Origin: a virus | Strand: one strand, 5' to 3' | DNA length: 64,000 nt | IMG/VR virus record: IMGVR_UViG_3300025789_001072 | Coordinates: 1-64,000 of that record | Shown here: positions 20,483 to 31,590 of the stretch, piece after piece | Layout: every line of letters starts with the position of its first letter | Numbering within the stretch: position 1 is the stretch's first letter | Program-made: the position numbers and the translations under genes | Notes under the pieces: generated by a model | The model's database searches: none | Told to the model about the DNA's origin: nothing | The model's input: the letters and a program-made list of their open reading frames with translations, nothing else

Positions 20483-21038
20483 GCAAATCCTTTCTGCGAT
20501 AAAGTAGTGTTAAACCAGGTGCATAATACATATTTTCAGCGATATGCCATGGGTCATTGTTTTGTAAGAAACTGTTAAGACCAAACACAACACCGATTGC
20601 CTGCACACCATTGCCTAGTCTAACCGTTGGATCAGGTTGATGCGCATGTTTAAATGTGTTATTAACAACAACATAACGATTAACGCACTGTTCAAACTTT
20701 TGGCAAATAGTCATTACTACATTGCCTTCGGCAAACGCATCAACTATCAACATATCAGTTTGCGGAATAGTATCCAATTCAACAATCATCTTATTGTGAA
20801 ATACAAATTGGATACCATACTGATTAGCAAGTGCTTGATAATCACCAATGCCATCAGGTAATACATGATCATATAGTGTAATGCTCTTTGGTTTGGTGCT
20901 TAATGCCACAAGAGTGCTAAGACCGCTCCCAAACCCAACAATAGTAATATTATCCACTCTGCGACACCAATCCATGAGACGAAAAAATTGAGGATTGCTG
21001 CTAATGTTCTCTGCGATGTTTTCATAAATTTCCTGCAT
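20463..21038 (-). CDS. class I SAM-dependent methyltransferase-like protein
   Basis: VGFGSGLST glycine loop, TDMLIVD strand. Confidence 0.5.
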   Translation of the reverse strand: MQEIYENIAENISSNPQFFRLMDWCRRVDNITIVGFGSGLSTLVALSTKPKSITLYDHVLPDGIGDYQALANQYGIQFVFHNKMIVELDTIPQTDMLIVDAFAEGNVVMTICQKFEQCVNRYVVVNNTFKHAHQPDPTVRLGNGVQAIGVVFGLNSFLQNNDPWHIAENMYYAPGLTLLYRRKDLLDNGQN

Positions 21039-21046
21039 GATTATAA

Positions 21047-21325
21047 TTATACCTTATGATGTTGCTTTGCTAAATTTAATAGTACCTGATACTGTTCCCA
21101 TGCTTCCATGACAGTAGGATACTGCTCACGAATCATGGCTTCATAAAATGCGTTCTCTACAATATCGTGCGCTGCATTTTTCGTAGTCCAAATTTCTTCA
21201 CGGTCATTGTTTGGCAGCGTGTTTATACGCACACGAATCTCTTTAAAACCTTCTTCATGGTTATTCCATGGACGACGAGTGACAGTTTTACCACCGTCTG
21301 GACTTTCATAAATCCAAGAGGTCAT
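21047..21325 (-). CDS. hypothetical protein (IYESPDGGKTV family)
   Basis: 92-aa ORF. Confidence 0.65.
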   Translation of the reverse strand: MTSWIYESPDGGKTVTRRPWNNHEEGFKEIRVRINTLPNNDREEIWTTKNAAHDIVENAFYEAMIREQYPTVMEAWEQYQVLLNLAKQHHKV

Positions 21326-21548
21326 TTTTAATTCCTAGTGTTTGTGGAGAATGGTCAAGATATTCTGTCTGGCCATTGCTATAAAAATAAGCATCTTCAT
21401 CATTGATGGTTACTCGTAAATCACTGTGACAAATTTCATAATCAGTAAATTCGCCGTCCTCGTGATAGACACGGAATACCCAATGATCATCCATTGGATG
21501 AGTGGGTATCAATACTCCAGTCACGCCATTTGCATTTTTTAATTTCAT
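21306..21548 (-). CDS. hypothetical protein
   Basis: 80-aa ORF overlapping the downstream gene. Confidence 0.6.
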   Translation of the reverse strand: MKLKNANGVTGVLIPTHPMDDHWVFRVYHEDGEFTDYEICHSDLRVTINDEDAYFYSNGQTEYLDHSPQTLGIKNDLLDL

Positions 21549-21613
21549 ACAATAACCATATCAAAAAATTTAAGTACAGTCAATAAGAATAATATATATT
21601 TGTAGAGGAATAC

Positions 21614-22765
21614 ATGTTTTTTTCCATAAGCAAAGATAGCAAAGATAACTTTCCACACCATTATAATTTTGGTAATTTCATCGTAAACACTGATAATGGT
21701 TGGAAAATAACAATAATTAATAATATTCAATATCTGTATAAAGGATATACAGATATAGGTAACATTGAAGATAATTTACCGCAGATTATTACTGAAAATT
21801 TTCCAACATTTCTTGGTAACTTTTGTGTTATTGGCAATAACAAGATAGTATCTGATTTATACAGAAGTTTTCCAATTACATATGATAATATGGAAATTAC
21901 TAATTTAAAAAATGTCGGACATAGTATTTGGTGTGATAATTGTGTAAAATTTGATGATGAATTAAATGTTACTGAAACACACAATGATGTTATTGGAAAA
22001 ATTGATAGCAGTACAATAACAGAAGAAACTGCAATTTCACAAATTGATCGTATTCTATCAGAAAAAACTATTGAATTTTTAAAATATAATACTAAACCGT
22101 TAAAAGTTTTCTTAAGTGGAGGAGTTGATTCTTTATTAGTATACAGTTATATTCAAAAATATACTAAAAATTATGAGTTAATATTAAACAACCATATTGA
22201 TTTTGATTATTTTTGGTTAAAAAATAGCAATTCAATAGAAAATTATTGGGGATATCGTCAGATTCATCATTGGAATAATGATTGTGTATTAACTAGTGGT
22301 GCACCTGGCGATGAGTTTATGTTACGTAGTCCAAATACAGCAAATATATTCTGTCGTTATTACAATACATCTATAACAAAATTGTTAAAAGAAAAACAAT
22401 TTGTAAATTGTTTACATCATAACTATTTTTCATTAGAAAAACATACTAAATTGTTTAAACAACATGAAATAGAAAATTTAAAATTTAATAATTTGGAAGA
22501 AACAATTAAATTCTTGTGTAATATAAATGCAAATGATTTTCAACATTGGCATTTAGGAAATACATTAACATGGACGCCGTTACGTGATTTAGAAATTTTT
22601 AAAATATTACTACGGTTAGATTTTAATACTGCATCACATCAGATAATGAACAGTACTATTAGTAAAAAATTAATTGAAAGAAATAATCCAAACTTGATTA
22701 AACTAATAAGTGATAGTAAAAATCATGAAAATTATTTAAGCAACTTAGTTTACCTACTTAATTGA
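21614..22765 (+). CDS. asparagine-synthetase-like N-type ATP pyrophosphatase
   Basis: PP-loop FLSGGVDS and SGAPGDEF motifs; very AT-rich. Confidence 0.65.
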   Translation: MFFSISKDSKDNFPHHYNFGNFIVNTDNGWKITIINNIQYLYKGYTDIGNIEDNLPQIITENFPTFLGNFCVIGNNKIVSDLYRSFPITYDNMEITNLKNVGHSIWCDNCVKFDDELNVTETHNDVIGKIDSSTITEETAISQIDRILSEKTIEFLKYNTKPLKVFLSGGVDSLLVYSYIQKYTKNYELILNNHIDFDYFWLKNSNSIENYWGYRQIHHWNNDCVLTSGAPGDEFMLRSPNTANIFCRYYNTSITKLLKEKQFVNCLHHNYFSLEKHTKLFKQHEIENLKFNNLEETIKFLCNINANDFQHWHLGNTLTWTPLRDLEIFKILLRLDFNTASHQIMNSTISKKLIERNNPNLIKLISDSKNHENYLSNLVYLLN

Positions 22766-23868
22766 TTTAAAAAATTGCTGTAATCAATACTTTTTATTTT
22801 CTTAACAGTGTCCATTTTATTAACAAAATCAATAAACTGTTTATGATTATGTTCGTCATATTCATTCGACGATAATTGCTCAATGCAATTTTTCATAGCA
22901 TTGATGGCATTTATTTTTTGCATTTTTTCTATATTACTTTTTAACAATGTTATTACTGTCTGAGTAAGTTGATTTATTATTTCTTTTCGCATCGTTAATG
23001 GTATTACTTTTAATTGTAAATGAGATTCTTGTACTACTCCAAAAGTAACTTGATGCCAATCTTCACATAAAAATTCTATTAGTTCATTAAGATAAAACAC
23101 ATTATAAACGCTTATCGTGACATTAACGCATATTTCTACATGGTCATATGTTTGACATTTTATATAATTTTCCTTAATAGTTTCCCAATTACTGCCAAAT
23201 CGAATGTATTCAGCACTTTTTCCGATACTATCAATACTAAAAACTAGTTTAATTTTACCATGATAATTTTCTATAAAATCGTAATCAATTACGCTGCCAT
23301 TGGTAAAAATAATTAAGTTTGCTTGCAAATTGTTAGATGCCCAATTTAAAAATTTTAAACAATTTTTATCATAAAATGGTTCGCCTCCCAGTACTACAAC
23401 ATCTTTTATTCTGTGTTTTACTGGTTCAAGCATATCAAAATTTTTGTGGCTAATCGATATGTTTTCTTTTTTTATCAGATTTGCGGCAACATGATATTGA
23501 TATACTCTACTACTTGCTTCTGGCCAACATGTTTGGCATGCAAGATTACATGTATTACCTGGTCTAATTTCCAATGTTAAATCATCATTGACATAATTAC
23601 CATAAGAATTGTCACCATTTAATCGTGTACTATCGCCACGACCTTGTTCTTCTAAATTTTTACATTTATAACATTCTTTTGGCCAAATATCATTACTAAG
23701 TTGTTCTCGCAACTCTTTTACTTCATCTTTATCATGCCAGTTTGCCAAATCATTATTATCTATTTGATTATTAGCAATCCAATTGCTATCTGGCACAAAT
23801 GAACAGCATGGTACTATAGTTTTATCATACTTTAAACTAAATCCATGGGATAAAAATTTACATTCCAT
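22750..23868 (-). CDS. radical SAM protein with N-terminal SPASM/twitch-like Cys cluster
   Basis: CNLACQTC motif, GGEPF, FTNGS, SIDS; N-terminal PCC...ECYKC. Confidence 0.88.
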   Translation of the reverse strand: MECKFLSHGFSLKYDKTIVPCCSFVPDSNWIANNQIDNNDLANWHDKDEVKELREQLSNDIWPKECYKCKNLEEQGRGDSTRLNGDNSYGNYVNDDLTLEIRPGNTCNLACQTCWPEASSRVYQYHVAANLIKKENISISHKNFDMLEPVKHRIKDVVVLGGEPFYDKNCLKFLNWASNNLQANLIIFTNGSVIDYDFIENYHGKIKLVFSIDSIGKSAEYIRFGSNWETIKENYIKCQTYDHVEICVNVTISVYNVFYLNELIEFLCEDWHQVTFGVVQESHLQLKVIPLTMRKEIINQLTQTVITLLKSNIEKMQKINAINAMKNCIEQLSSNEYDEHNHKQFIDFVNKMDTVKKIKSIDYSNFLNQLSR

Positions 23869-23907
23869 ATAATAATTTAGCTTTTAGTAATTAATCTAAT
23901 ATAAATT

Positions 23908-24345
23908 TTAATAATTATTTTGACGATTTCTTACCGCAATGCTTAATTGGTCTGCGGGTATGCCGTTCATTTTATACCCATCATAAACGTGTTTTAGGTA
24001 TTTGTGTGATGGTGATCTTGATATATCGTCTCTGCTCTTGATCATAACATAGGTTAAGGCTTTATATAATTCACCTTTGTATAGCACTTCAATAAAAGCA
24101 TGACTATAATCTTTGCCATCGCCTTCATACCAATCTAATATTTTTAATGAATCCATATCAACAGCCCACAATACACCATAGGTTTTTGCGCCATCTTTTG
24201 CAACGATGTTAGTATAATGATTTATTTCTAATTGTTGATTTGGTGCAACAGCAACCCCAATGCGTTTTGCGTTGGGAATACGGTTTTTTAATTCAGGTAT
24301 ATTAGTATTATGTCCGTATGAGAAATATAAAATGCTGTCAGCCAT
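23908..24345 (-). CDS. gamma-glutamylcyclotransferase-fold protein
   Basis: YFSYGHN, YGVLW, LDWYEG, PS..YL motifs. Confidence 0.8.
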   Translation of the reverse strand: MADSILYFSYGHNTNIPELKNRIPNAKRIGVAVAPNQQLEINHYTNIVAKDGAKTYGVLWAVDMDSLKILDWYEGDGKDYSHAFIEVLYKGELYKALTYVMIKSRDDISRSPSHKYLKHVYDGYKMNGIPADQLSIAVRNRQNNY

Positions 24346-24360
24346 AAAAATATTTATAAT

Positions 24361-24387
24361 AAAAAAGGGGAAGTAAAAACTTCCCCT
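24361..24387 (-). terminator. intrinsic terminator
   Basis: GGGGAAGT/ACTTCCCC stem followed by a U-run on the minus strand. Confidence 0.8.
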
Positions 24388-24416
24388 AATCCTTGTTCAT
24401 TCGCATGAACTAATAT

Positions 24417-25250
24417 TTAGTCGTTACCTGGATCACCCTTGCAGAGTGTCTTCTTAGCAGCAGCAACTGCTTTAAAATCTACTGGCCATAGAGCAGGTTT
24501 TGCTTTCTTGTCAGCGCCTGGTGGAAGTGGGAATACCAATCCACTTGCTGCTTCAACATCAGCCACGGATACCTGAACCTTGGTTAGGTCATTGCCCTGA
24601 TTTTCAGCCTGTGGGAATAAGAACGCATAAACTTCCTTAGTTTGTTCATCAATAACAATCTTAAACATCTTGTTTGGAACAGTTACCTTGTTAACGCCGA
24701 TTGTCTTATCGGTTCCAACCTTGTAGATGTTGCCAGCATAGATGAGAAGCGTATGATTGCGTGAGAATGTCCACGCACCTGTTGAACCTTCAAGCAACTT
24801 CCAGATACCACGATTAAGACCTGGCAACTGTGGTGACATGTTGCTCATTAGGAATGATTCATATTCAACCTGTTGGTCCCATGACTGATGAGCATCATTG
24901 GCGATATGTCCCTGATCATAGCCGCTAGCAGCATAATCACTTGGAGCCGAACGCTTGTCCGCAGGTAGTGCCGCATCAGCGACGAATGCATTGGAACGGG
25001 CTACACAGCCATTAACATGCTGTGGAGTGATATCCCATGCAGCCCATAGTGGTTCCTTGGCAGCATTGTCATGCATAACAAAGTAACCTTGGCGGCATAG
25101 TGGAGTAGTATCGTGCTTTGCGGTGTCAGTAATCTTGCCATAAGGCATGAACGCAGCGCAAACGCTATCTGGTTGATTTGGACGTTGGTTCCATGCGTAG
25201 GCAAGTGATGGGATTAGTAGTGCAAGTAGAATTACGAGAAGTTTCTTCAT
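24417..25250 (-). CDS. secreted DNA/RNA non-specific endonuclease (NucA/EndoG family)
   Basis: Signal peptide, GYDQGH active site, SNMSPQ...LNRGIWK.LE. Confidence 0.88.
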   Translation of the reverse strand: MKKLLVILLALLIPSLAYAWNQRPNQPDSVCAAFMPYGKITDTAKHDTTPLCRQGYFVMHDNAAKEPLWAAWDITPQHVNGCVARSNAFVADAALPADKRSAPSDYAASGYDQGHIANDAHQSWDQQVEYESFLMSNMSPQLPGLNRGIWKLLEGSTGAWTFSRNHTLLIYAGNIYKVGTDKTIGVNKVTVPNKMFKIVIDEQTKEVYAFLFPQAENQGNDLTKVQVSVADVEAASGLVFPLPPGADKKAKPALWPVDFKAVAAAKKTLCKGDPGND

Positions 25251-25287
25251 TGAGATATTTCCTTTTTGGATGAAGATATTTAGACAT

Positions 25288-25322
25288 AAAAAAACACCGC
25301 AGAGATTAATCTACGGTGTTTT
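25288..25322 (-). terminator. intrinsic terminator
   Basis: ACACCG(T)AGA/TCT(G)CGGTGT stem plus U-run. Confidence 0.75.
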
Positions 25323-25325
25323 CTA

Positions 25326-25472
25326 TCTGCTAGTTAATACGATATTGTTTAGTTTTTACACTTTACATTCTGCTAGTTATCACATGTTATATTTTTAATT
25401 TTTAAGCTAGTTATTTTCTAAAGTTAGTTTTCAAAGTTAGTTTTTACTACTGTCTATATTTTTAGCTAGTTA
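25326..25472. repeat. AT-rich non-coding tract with dispersed GCTAGTTA/TTAGTTT repeats
   Basis: GCTAGTTA at 25329, 25372, 25406, 25465; variants near 25349, 25423, 25436. Confidence 0.75.
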
Positions 25473-25505
25473 TAGGTGCCATTCAGAGTGACCCTACATT
25501 TTTAT

Positions 25506-26310
25506 TTAGCATTTGATACCAATGTCATTCAACATTTTTACGGCATCATCTACTTTGCCATTTTCAACTTCAACTTCAAGCATATCAAGATAAATCATCA
25601 TCATGTCGCTTTCGCTAAGTTCATCCATCCAAGCATACCCATCATTGTGAGTAAGTGGTTGCACCCAACTAAATTTTAGGGTAGGAAACTTTTTCTTTTC
25701 ACTCATTTTCATTATCCAATTTGCGTTGATAATCTTCCACTACTTCACGCAGTGGATCAATTCTAACTAGCGCACGATGACCATTGGGTCTAATGTGTAA
25801 TATAAACTTATCGCCATCTTTCCAACCCACTTGTGAGATGGGAAGGTCTTCATCTAATATAAGCCCAAAAGGATTGATGTCCCAAAAATAACCGTCTGCT
25901 AACATCACCAAGCCTCGTAGTCAGTTACATCAAGTTTGGCGATTTGTTCGCCATGTTCGTCAATAGCAATGGCATCAACCGCTTGACCAATGCCATTGCC
26001 ATTTGTGACGATAATCTTTACACTCTTGGCGCTCATCATTAAGTCGCTGTCTAGCCAATCTTTAATCTTGGTTATCTCAGCAACAAACAGATGAACGCCC
26101 GTCGTGTTTTTCTTTTTAGTCATTACGAGGAAGTTCTGCTACTTCTTTTACAAGAGCAACAAGTTCATCAACTGAACTTACAATGATCTTAGCAGTCTTC
26201 CAATCATCTTCACTATCACGACCACCGACTTCAATCATGAAACCGTTGTCATACATGTTGATGGTATAATTGTCATTGACCTTCGCCAATTTATCACTAA
26301 TCTTAGCCAT
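25506..26310 (-). CDS. four short coupled hypothetical ORFs (25506..25712, 25699..25911, 25905..26123, 26116..26310)
   Basis: Head-to-tail overlapping ORFs typical of phage accessory regions. Confidence 0.6.
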
Positions 26311-26330
26311 TTTTTTCTCTCCTTTTTTAA

Positions 26331-26657
26331 TTACTTAAAAACACACCATAGAGGACCACCGCTCTTGTGACCATCTGCAAATAGTGTTTCGCCATAGGCT
26401 TCTTTTGTCTTGGCATTAAACGCCATCTTAAACCTGTTGCCAGTATCGCTCACTTCAACAACAGTTAGCCAAGGGTTTTCAAAGTTTGAAATAGCACTAC
26501 GGAAACCTTTGTTATCCCATTGGATCATTGTAGTACCACCTTGACCTACGACCGTAAAGTGTTCGCCACTTTGGAAATAGCAGGTGAGTGTTGCTGGCGC
26601 ATCAGCCAGCACAGGAGTAGCAAACAGCAGCGATGCTGCTAGTAAAATCTTCTTCAT
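26331..26657 (-). CDS. hypothetical exported protein
   Basis: Signal peptide MKKILLAASLLFATPVLA, two Cys. Confidence 0.65.
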   Translation of the reverse strand: MKKILLAASLLFATPVLADAPATLTCYFQSGEHFTVVGQGGTTMIQWDNKGFRSAISNFENPWLTVVEVSDTGNRFKMAFNAKTKEAYGETLFADGHKSGGPLWCVFK

Positions 26658-27589
26658 TTCTTTTCTTCTTCGGTTGTAAATGCAATATATGGTTGGGGAA
26701 CAAAAGTCTTGTCAGCAGGTACGCCTGCTACTTTAACCAAGTTTTCAAGTTCGGTCATCGCTGGTATTTCTTCTGTTTTCTTTGGTATTGGCAAGGTAGG
26801 CATATCAATTCTATTGGCGAGCGTCTTTACGCTATCGCCCCATGCATACAACTTATTAGCAACAGCGTTCAAGAACCGCACTTGCCATACACGCTTTCTT
26901 GTGACAATAGCATTAAGTTTTACTTGCGTTTCTTTAACATGTTTAGCAATCGCATCACGGTCTGCTGCAATTTCTTCTGGCGTTGGGTATCTTTTTGGTG
27001 GCAATGTTGATGCCTTTGCAATTTTTGCTTTAAGTTCTTCGTCCATGTTATCAATCCTTCTTACAAACTTGTTTGCCATCTGCGCCCATACGAGGCGTAA
27101 GTGAATAGCGATACAGATACTGACAACCTGTTAGATGATCAGTATAAACTTCCATGTGGCTGTTCTCATGCGGACCATCGCTATCATCTCGTGGTTCATA
27201 GGGTAGTGATGCCTGATAAATTGTTATCCCAAAAATTGCGGCACAACACAGCATATAAAAAGACCACCAAGACCACCACTTAAAATACTTCTTCATGCTA
27301 CACTCCAATCATAATCATCAACTGTCATTACAGTTTCCATACCATCATATTCATCAATGCGATATTTCGTACCAGCCTCAACTTCACGTATAGCAAGTTT
27401 AGCAAATCCGTCGCCAGCAGCCTTGCCCAACTCTTCTACAACCTGCACAAGAATAGGGTCGGCACGATTTACTTCATAAACATACCAATCATCTGGTTTA
27501 GTTTCGCCACGAATTTCCCAATAACGAGCAATTGCCTCTTTGGACAATCCAAATCCACCATAACAAGTATTATAAACTATTTTAGTCAT
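26654..27589 (-). CDS. three hypothetical ORFs (26654..~27047, 27051..~27296, 27293..27589)
   Basis: Coupled ORFs; the last has the common phage IVYNTCYGGFGLS...YRIDEYDGME pattern; the middle one has a TM helix. Confidence 0.6.
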
Positions 27590-27867
27590 ACCCCAACCTT
27601 ATCCGCTCTCTCACGATCTATACTCATAATAACACCGTTACCAATATCTGTCAAGTCATTATTTGGAAAGAATATGTAAGCATTTGGGTCATTTACCTTT
27701 GTGCCGTTTAGCCGTATGCCACCGCTATCTACAAGGCGGTTAAACTCACTCTTACTTGTGACAAGTTTAGCATCAATGCCAACCTGTGCGAGATTGACAG
27801 CACGAGCATATTCTGCCAGTGGAACATAACTCCAATCGGTTAATATTTCTTCTAATGCTATATTCAT
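27586..27867 (-). CDS. stand-alone S4-like RNA-binding domain (TyrRS C-terminal type)
   Basis: LVTSKSEFNRLVDSGGIRLNGTKVNDP matches S4 consensus L..S.SEA.RL...GG...NG..V.D. Confidence 0.65.
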   Translation of the reverse strand: MNIALEEILTDWSYVPLAEYARAVNLAQVGIDAKLVTSKSEFNRLVDSGGIRLNGTKVNDPNAYIFFPNNDLTDIGNGVIMSIDRERADKVGV

Positions 27868-29454
27868 TGCCCATTCCTCATTGCCGCTAATACATATTCT
27901 TCACTGGTCATATTAGCATAGGCTTGAATAAAACCTAATTTTACCCATCTTGCAAGCAATCGCCGTTCTTTTTCAACTAACGCATCAGTAAAAATTCTAA
28001 CTTCTGCACGAGGCACAAGACGTGTGCCATCAATAAACCTGAATTGTCTATCATTTGGACCTACACTTACAGTATCGGATTTTTCAACGGTGATCATATC
28101 TGCTCCTATACCGTTGGCGATTAGCATCTACTAACTGTGACATTATATCATTAAACTCTTTACTGACCACCCATGGTTTTTCGGCGTTTGGAATTATTTC
28201 TTTACTGTCCGCAAACATCATGGAACCTTCAAGTGTTTTTGGGTCATGGACGAGCCATAACTTATCTTCTGCCCACAGTTTAAACAATTCACTTGTAGTA
28301 TAGGTCACTTACAAATCTCACGGATTTCTTCTACTGTGCGATTGCTTTTGGCATATTCCATTTTACAACTGTTCTTCTGCCAACTATCAACGGCTACACC
28401 GCCCATCATAGCCACAACTGCGATGGCGACCATAATAAAATACCATTTATATTCTGCTTCAAACATTTATATTCTCCTCACTGCATTTTGGACACAACAG
28501 TGTGCGTGTCATTTCTTTTATATCTGGATTGTCAAATCTTGAGTATGCATCCCATACTGGTTCTATCTTGTAATAAGAATAGTTCCAACCACGCAATTGT
28601 TCTTTACGCTTGGCACTGCGATTGTCAACATTATCAGCAAGGTTATCCCGCTCGCTTTCTTCGTGTGCGTGTTCTTCTACGTGACCACACGCATCACAGG
28701 TAAGTGTAATATGATATGTTTTAACTGTGAAGGTATCTAAACCCATTAGTAAGTCTCTACTTCTTTCAACAACCGCTGACAGCGTTTGCGCCAATCATCA
28801 CGTTGCTGTTGTGCTTTTTCATAACTCAATTCATACGAGTCATTGGCGATAAACCGCACAAGATCACGATACTTTTCTAACTTGGCAATCTTTTCACGGA
28901 TTGCTGCAATTTCTTCATCCATCATTCAACTCCAAAATGTTTAGCGATTAATTCTGATGGGGCGAAGAAGTTACCATATTCATCAGTGAGTACTAAATTA
29001 CCAACTTCCATACATTCACGCACAATTAGTTCAGCAAACTTCTCAACATCTTCTTGTTCGGCATTGCCACTAATGAAGTAGCGTCTAGGTGTTTCATGAT
29101 CTACATAGTTCAACAGACCAGCATCTAGCGCAAGTTCTATAAATCTCTCATTCATCGTTTCTCTTCCCAACACTCATTCGCATCGTCCCAATGACGATTA
29201 TCATATAACTTAACACTAACATAGAACCATAGAATTGTCAAGTCAAATTCTGGACCAGCGTGATCATGACCATACCACCAAGTGTCAAGATTGATGCTAA
29301 AAAACTCATCTAAACCGCTCCAAAATGAAACTTGTAATTCCAAGTTTTTATGTTTGGTAATGCGATAACTCCGTAAAATAACATCACGAGTAACTACCCA
29401 AGACTTGGCAAATGGATTGCCTATACGTAAATGAAATCCTATCATTCTACCCAC
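27864..29454 (-). CDS. run of short hypothetical ORFs (27864..~28097, 28084..28308, 28305..28466, 28459..28746, 28746..28922, 28922..29155, 29152..~29445)
   Basis: Coupled start/stop overlaps; 28305..28466 (53 aa) and 28746..28922 (58 aa) are absent from the ORF track; 28459..28746 has two CxxC pairs. Confidence 0.55.
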
Positions 29455-30386
29455 CTCATTGTAAAAAGCACAGCATGTTCCTTTTTGTAAAACCTAATCT
29501 TTGTTTGTATGTAAGTAGGATAAGTTTTACTGATTGTATCCCACATTTCCCAACCAACGGCTTTCATTGGGCGACCCCAAGTTTTAACTGGTCCAACATT
29601 TTCATCAAGCCAAATTACAATCTGCGACCACTCTTCGCCACCACGCCCATACAAATCTCGTATTGTAATTGTTTTACTCATCATGCCCATCGTAATAAAA
29701 ATAATGCTAACTGTTCTTCGGTATCAAATCCAAATGCTGGCGTTAGACTTTTATTGGCATACTCATCATACTGCACCCCGCAGTTATTTTCCTTGCACCA
29801 TGCTGCAACTTCATTAATCATATTAAACCGCATACCTGTCATGGTATCAACCTGTGGGCGATAAATGTCAGTCATTGTGGCACGAACATTGTATGGCTTA
29901 GGTAACTTTACATCTTGAAAGTAAGCGGTATCCTTAGTAATCATTTTGAATGTAAGTTTTAATGATGACATATCAACTCCATCGCATTACAAAGTGTGTT
30001 AAATCTTCTGCTCGCTTAAACTTAAAAACAAACACGGTTGGCTCTAAACTTATTAGTGTAATATTATTTGCTACAATATCGTTGGCTTCCGACCATGATG
30101 TTTTTTCAGGATTGTCAATGTTTTCTGAAACCCATTGTCGTATTTCAAGATATAATTCTTTAATAGTAGATACATGAGCACCTTCAACAATTGTAACATT
30201 AGCCTGATGTTTATACCTGTAATTAATATATTTGGCAAGCACCCACGATTTGCAGTCTTTTAATTTGCTACGCCAGTTATTCCTATGAATATCAAATCCT
30301 ACTGCAATCATGGCACATACACCGTAGCATACAACCATGATTGCATCAGTTGCAACAACCCAATAAGGTATTTCAATAACCAACAT
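29442..30386 (-). CDS. three tandem paralogous small proteins ending F....A.LF.(L/M)RW (29442..29690, 29681..29971, 29973..30386)
   Basis: Shared C-terminal motif and central W..EN. Confidence 0.65.
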
Positions 30387-31567
30387 TAGGCATCGCCCTC
30401 AAAGTGATAAGTCCAACGGAATGAACCCCATAGTGAACGGGCTTCATCTACTTTGGTCTGGCTACCAAGATGCTTGCGGATCAAGTCCAACACCATCTTG
30501 CGAGTATCCTTACCATCAAACTTACCAAACACAATGTTACCAACGAAAGCATCTTGTGCCTTGATAGTAGGAAGCCATTCTAAGGCAAACCGCTTACGAT
30601 CCATGTCATGTGCTAGCACCGTGTCGTAGTATTGGTCATATGACTTGATGACTTGGGCAACACCCATCCAAAAGTCAGTTTCAAATTCTTCAACACGCTT
30701 GCGGTCATCATCTAACATGAACGCCTTAGCATCATCCATCTTTTCTTCAACAAGAAGTTCAATGATGTTCTTCTCGTGAAGCAGATGATCTTTAGTCTTG
30801 TGAATACGCAGATACCATTCACCCTTGCACTTGACCATGTGACCATCGTCAAAGCGAACGATGTAACCTTCAATGCCTTCGGCATCACGAGTTTCATCCA
30901 TAAGGTGTGCCATAGATTCTGCAGAACCTTGATAAGTCTGCACTACTTCTATGTCAAACATATCACCGTATTCTTGCAACCATTGTAGGCTTGCATACAC
31001 ACCGCTATCCTTGCGACGAGCAGCAATCAACACAAGACGATCTTCTGGATAATCAACCACAATACGCTGCTTGCGTGAGCACCATTCAAATATAAGAGTA
31101 TAACCACATGATTGATCTGCCCAACGAATGAACTGTTCATACTGTGGGCGTGTTGCTATAAACTCTTCTGCTTGCATAGAGACTTCTGTAATCCCCATTT
31201 TGGTGCCAAGTCGCAATCCACCATCGGTGAATACGCCAGTTATCATAGAGCCGTCTAACTTCTCCAAGATAACATGTGGCTGCGTGAAGTCAATCACACC
31301 AAACTGCGTTTCATCACGCTCACCGATGTTGAAGAACTTGTGCAAACGACGAGCCATGATAGAGCCGTCCTTGTGGAACAGCATACCACGACATTCACGG
31401 CGGACTGCATCTATCTCCGTTTCAACAGGCGGAAAGGTATCGGTCATAGATACAATGTAGTTGACTATATAGCCCCAATCACGCTCTGCAATGATAAATT
31501 CATCACGACCTTCAATAGCAGGACGAACCTGATCAAGGTGAGTGATACGGGGAAATTCGTAGTGCAT
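30386..31567 (-). CDS. RNA ligase 1 (T4 Rnl1/RnlA family)
   Basis: RECRG, KFFNIGE, motif I EKLDGS, FEW, motif IV EGYIV, motif V VKCKGEWY. Confidence 0.9.
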   Translation of the reverse strand: MHYEFPRITHLDQVRPAIEGRDEFIIAERDWGYIVNYIVSMTDTFPPVETEIDAVRRECRGMLFHKDGSIMARRLHKFFNIGERDETQFGVIDFTQPHVILEKLDGSMITGVFTDGGLRLGTKMGITEVSMQAEEFIATRPQYEQFIRWADQSCGYTLIFEWCSRKQRIVVDYPEDRLVLIAARRKDSGVYASLQWLQEYGDMFDIEVVQTYQGSAESMAHLMDETRDAEGIEGYIVRFDDGHMVKCKGEWYLRIHKTKDHLLHEKNIIELLVEEKMDDAKAFMLDDDRKRVEEFETDFWMGVAQVIKSYDQYYDTVLAHDMDRKRFALEWLPTIKAQDAFVGNIVFGKFDGKDTRKMVLDLIRKHLGSQTKVDEARSLWGSFRWTYHFEGDA

Positions 31568-31590
31568 GGTCCTACTCCTGTTTATAACTT

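Noticed and set aside
25326-25472. CRISPR mini-array
   Set aside because: Repeats are only 8-11 nt, spacing is irregular and no cas genes are present.
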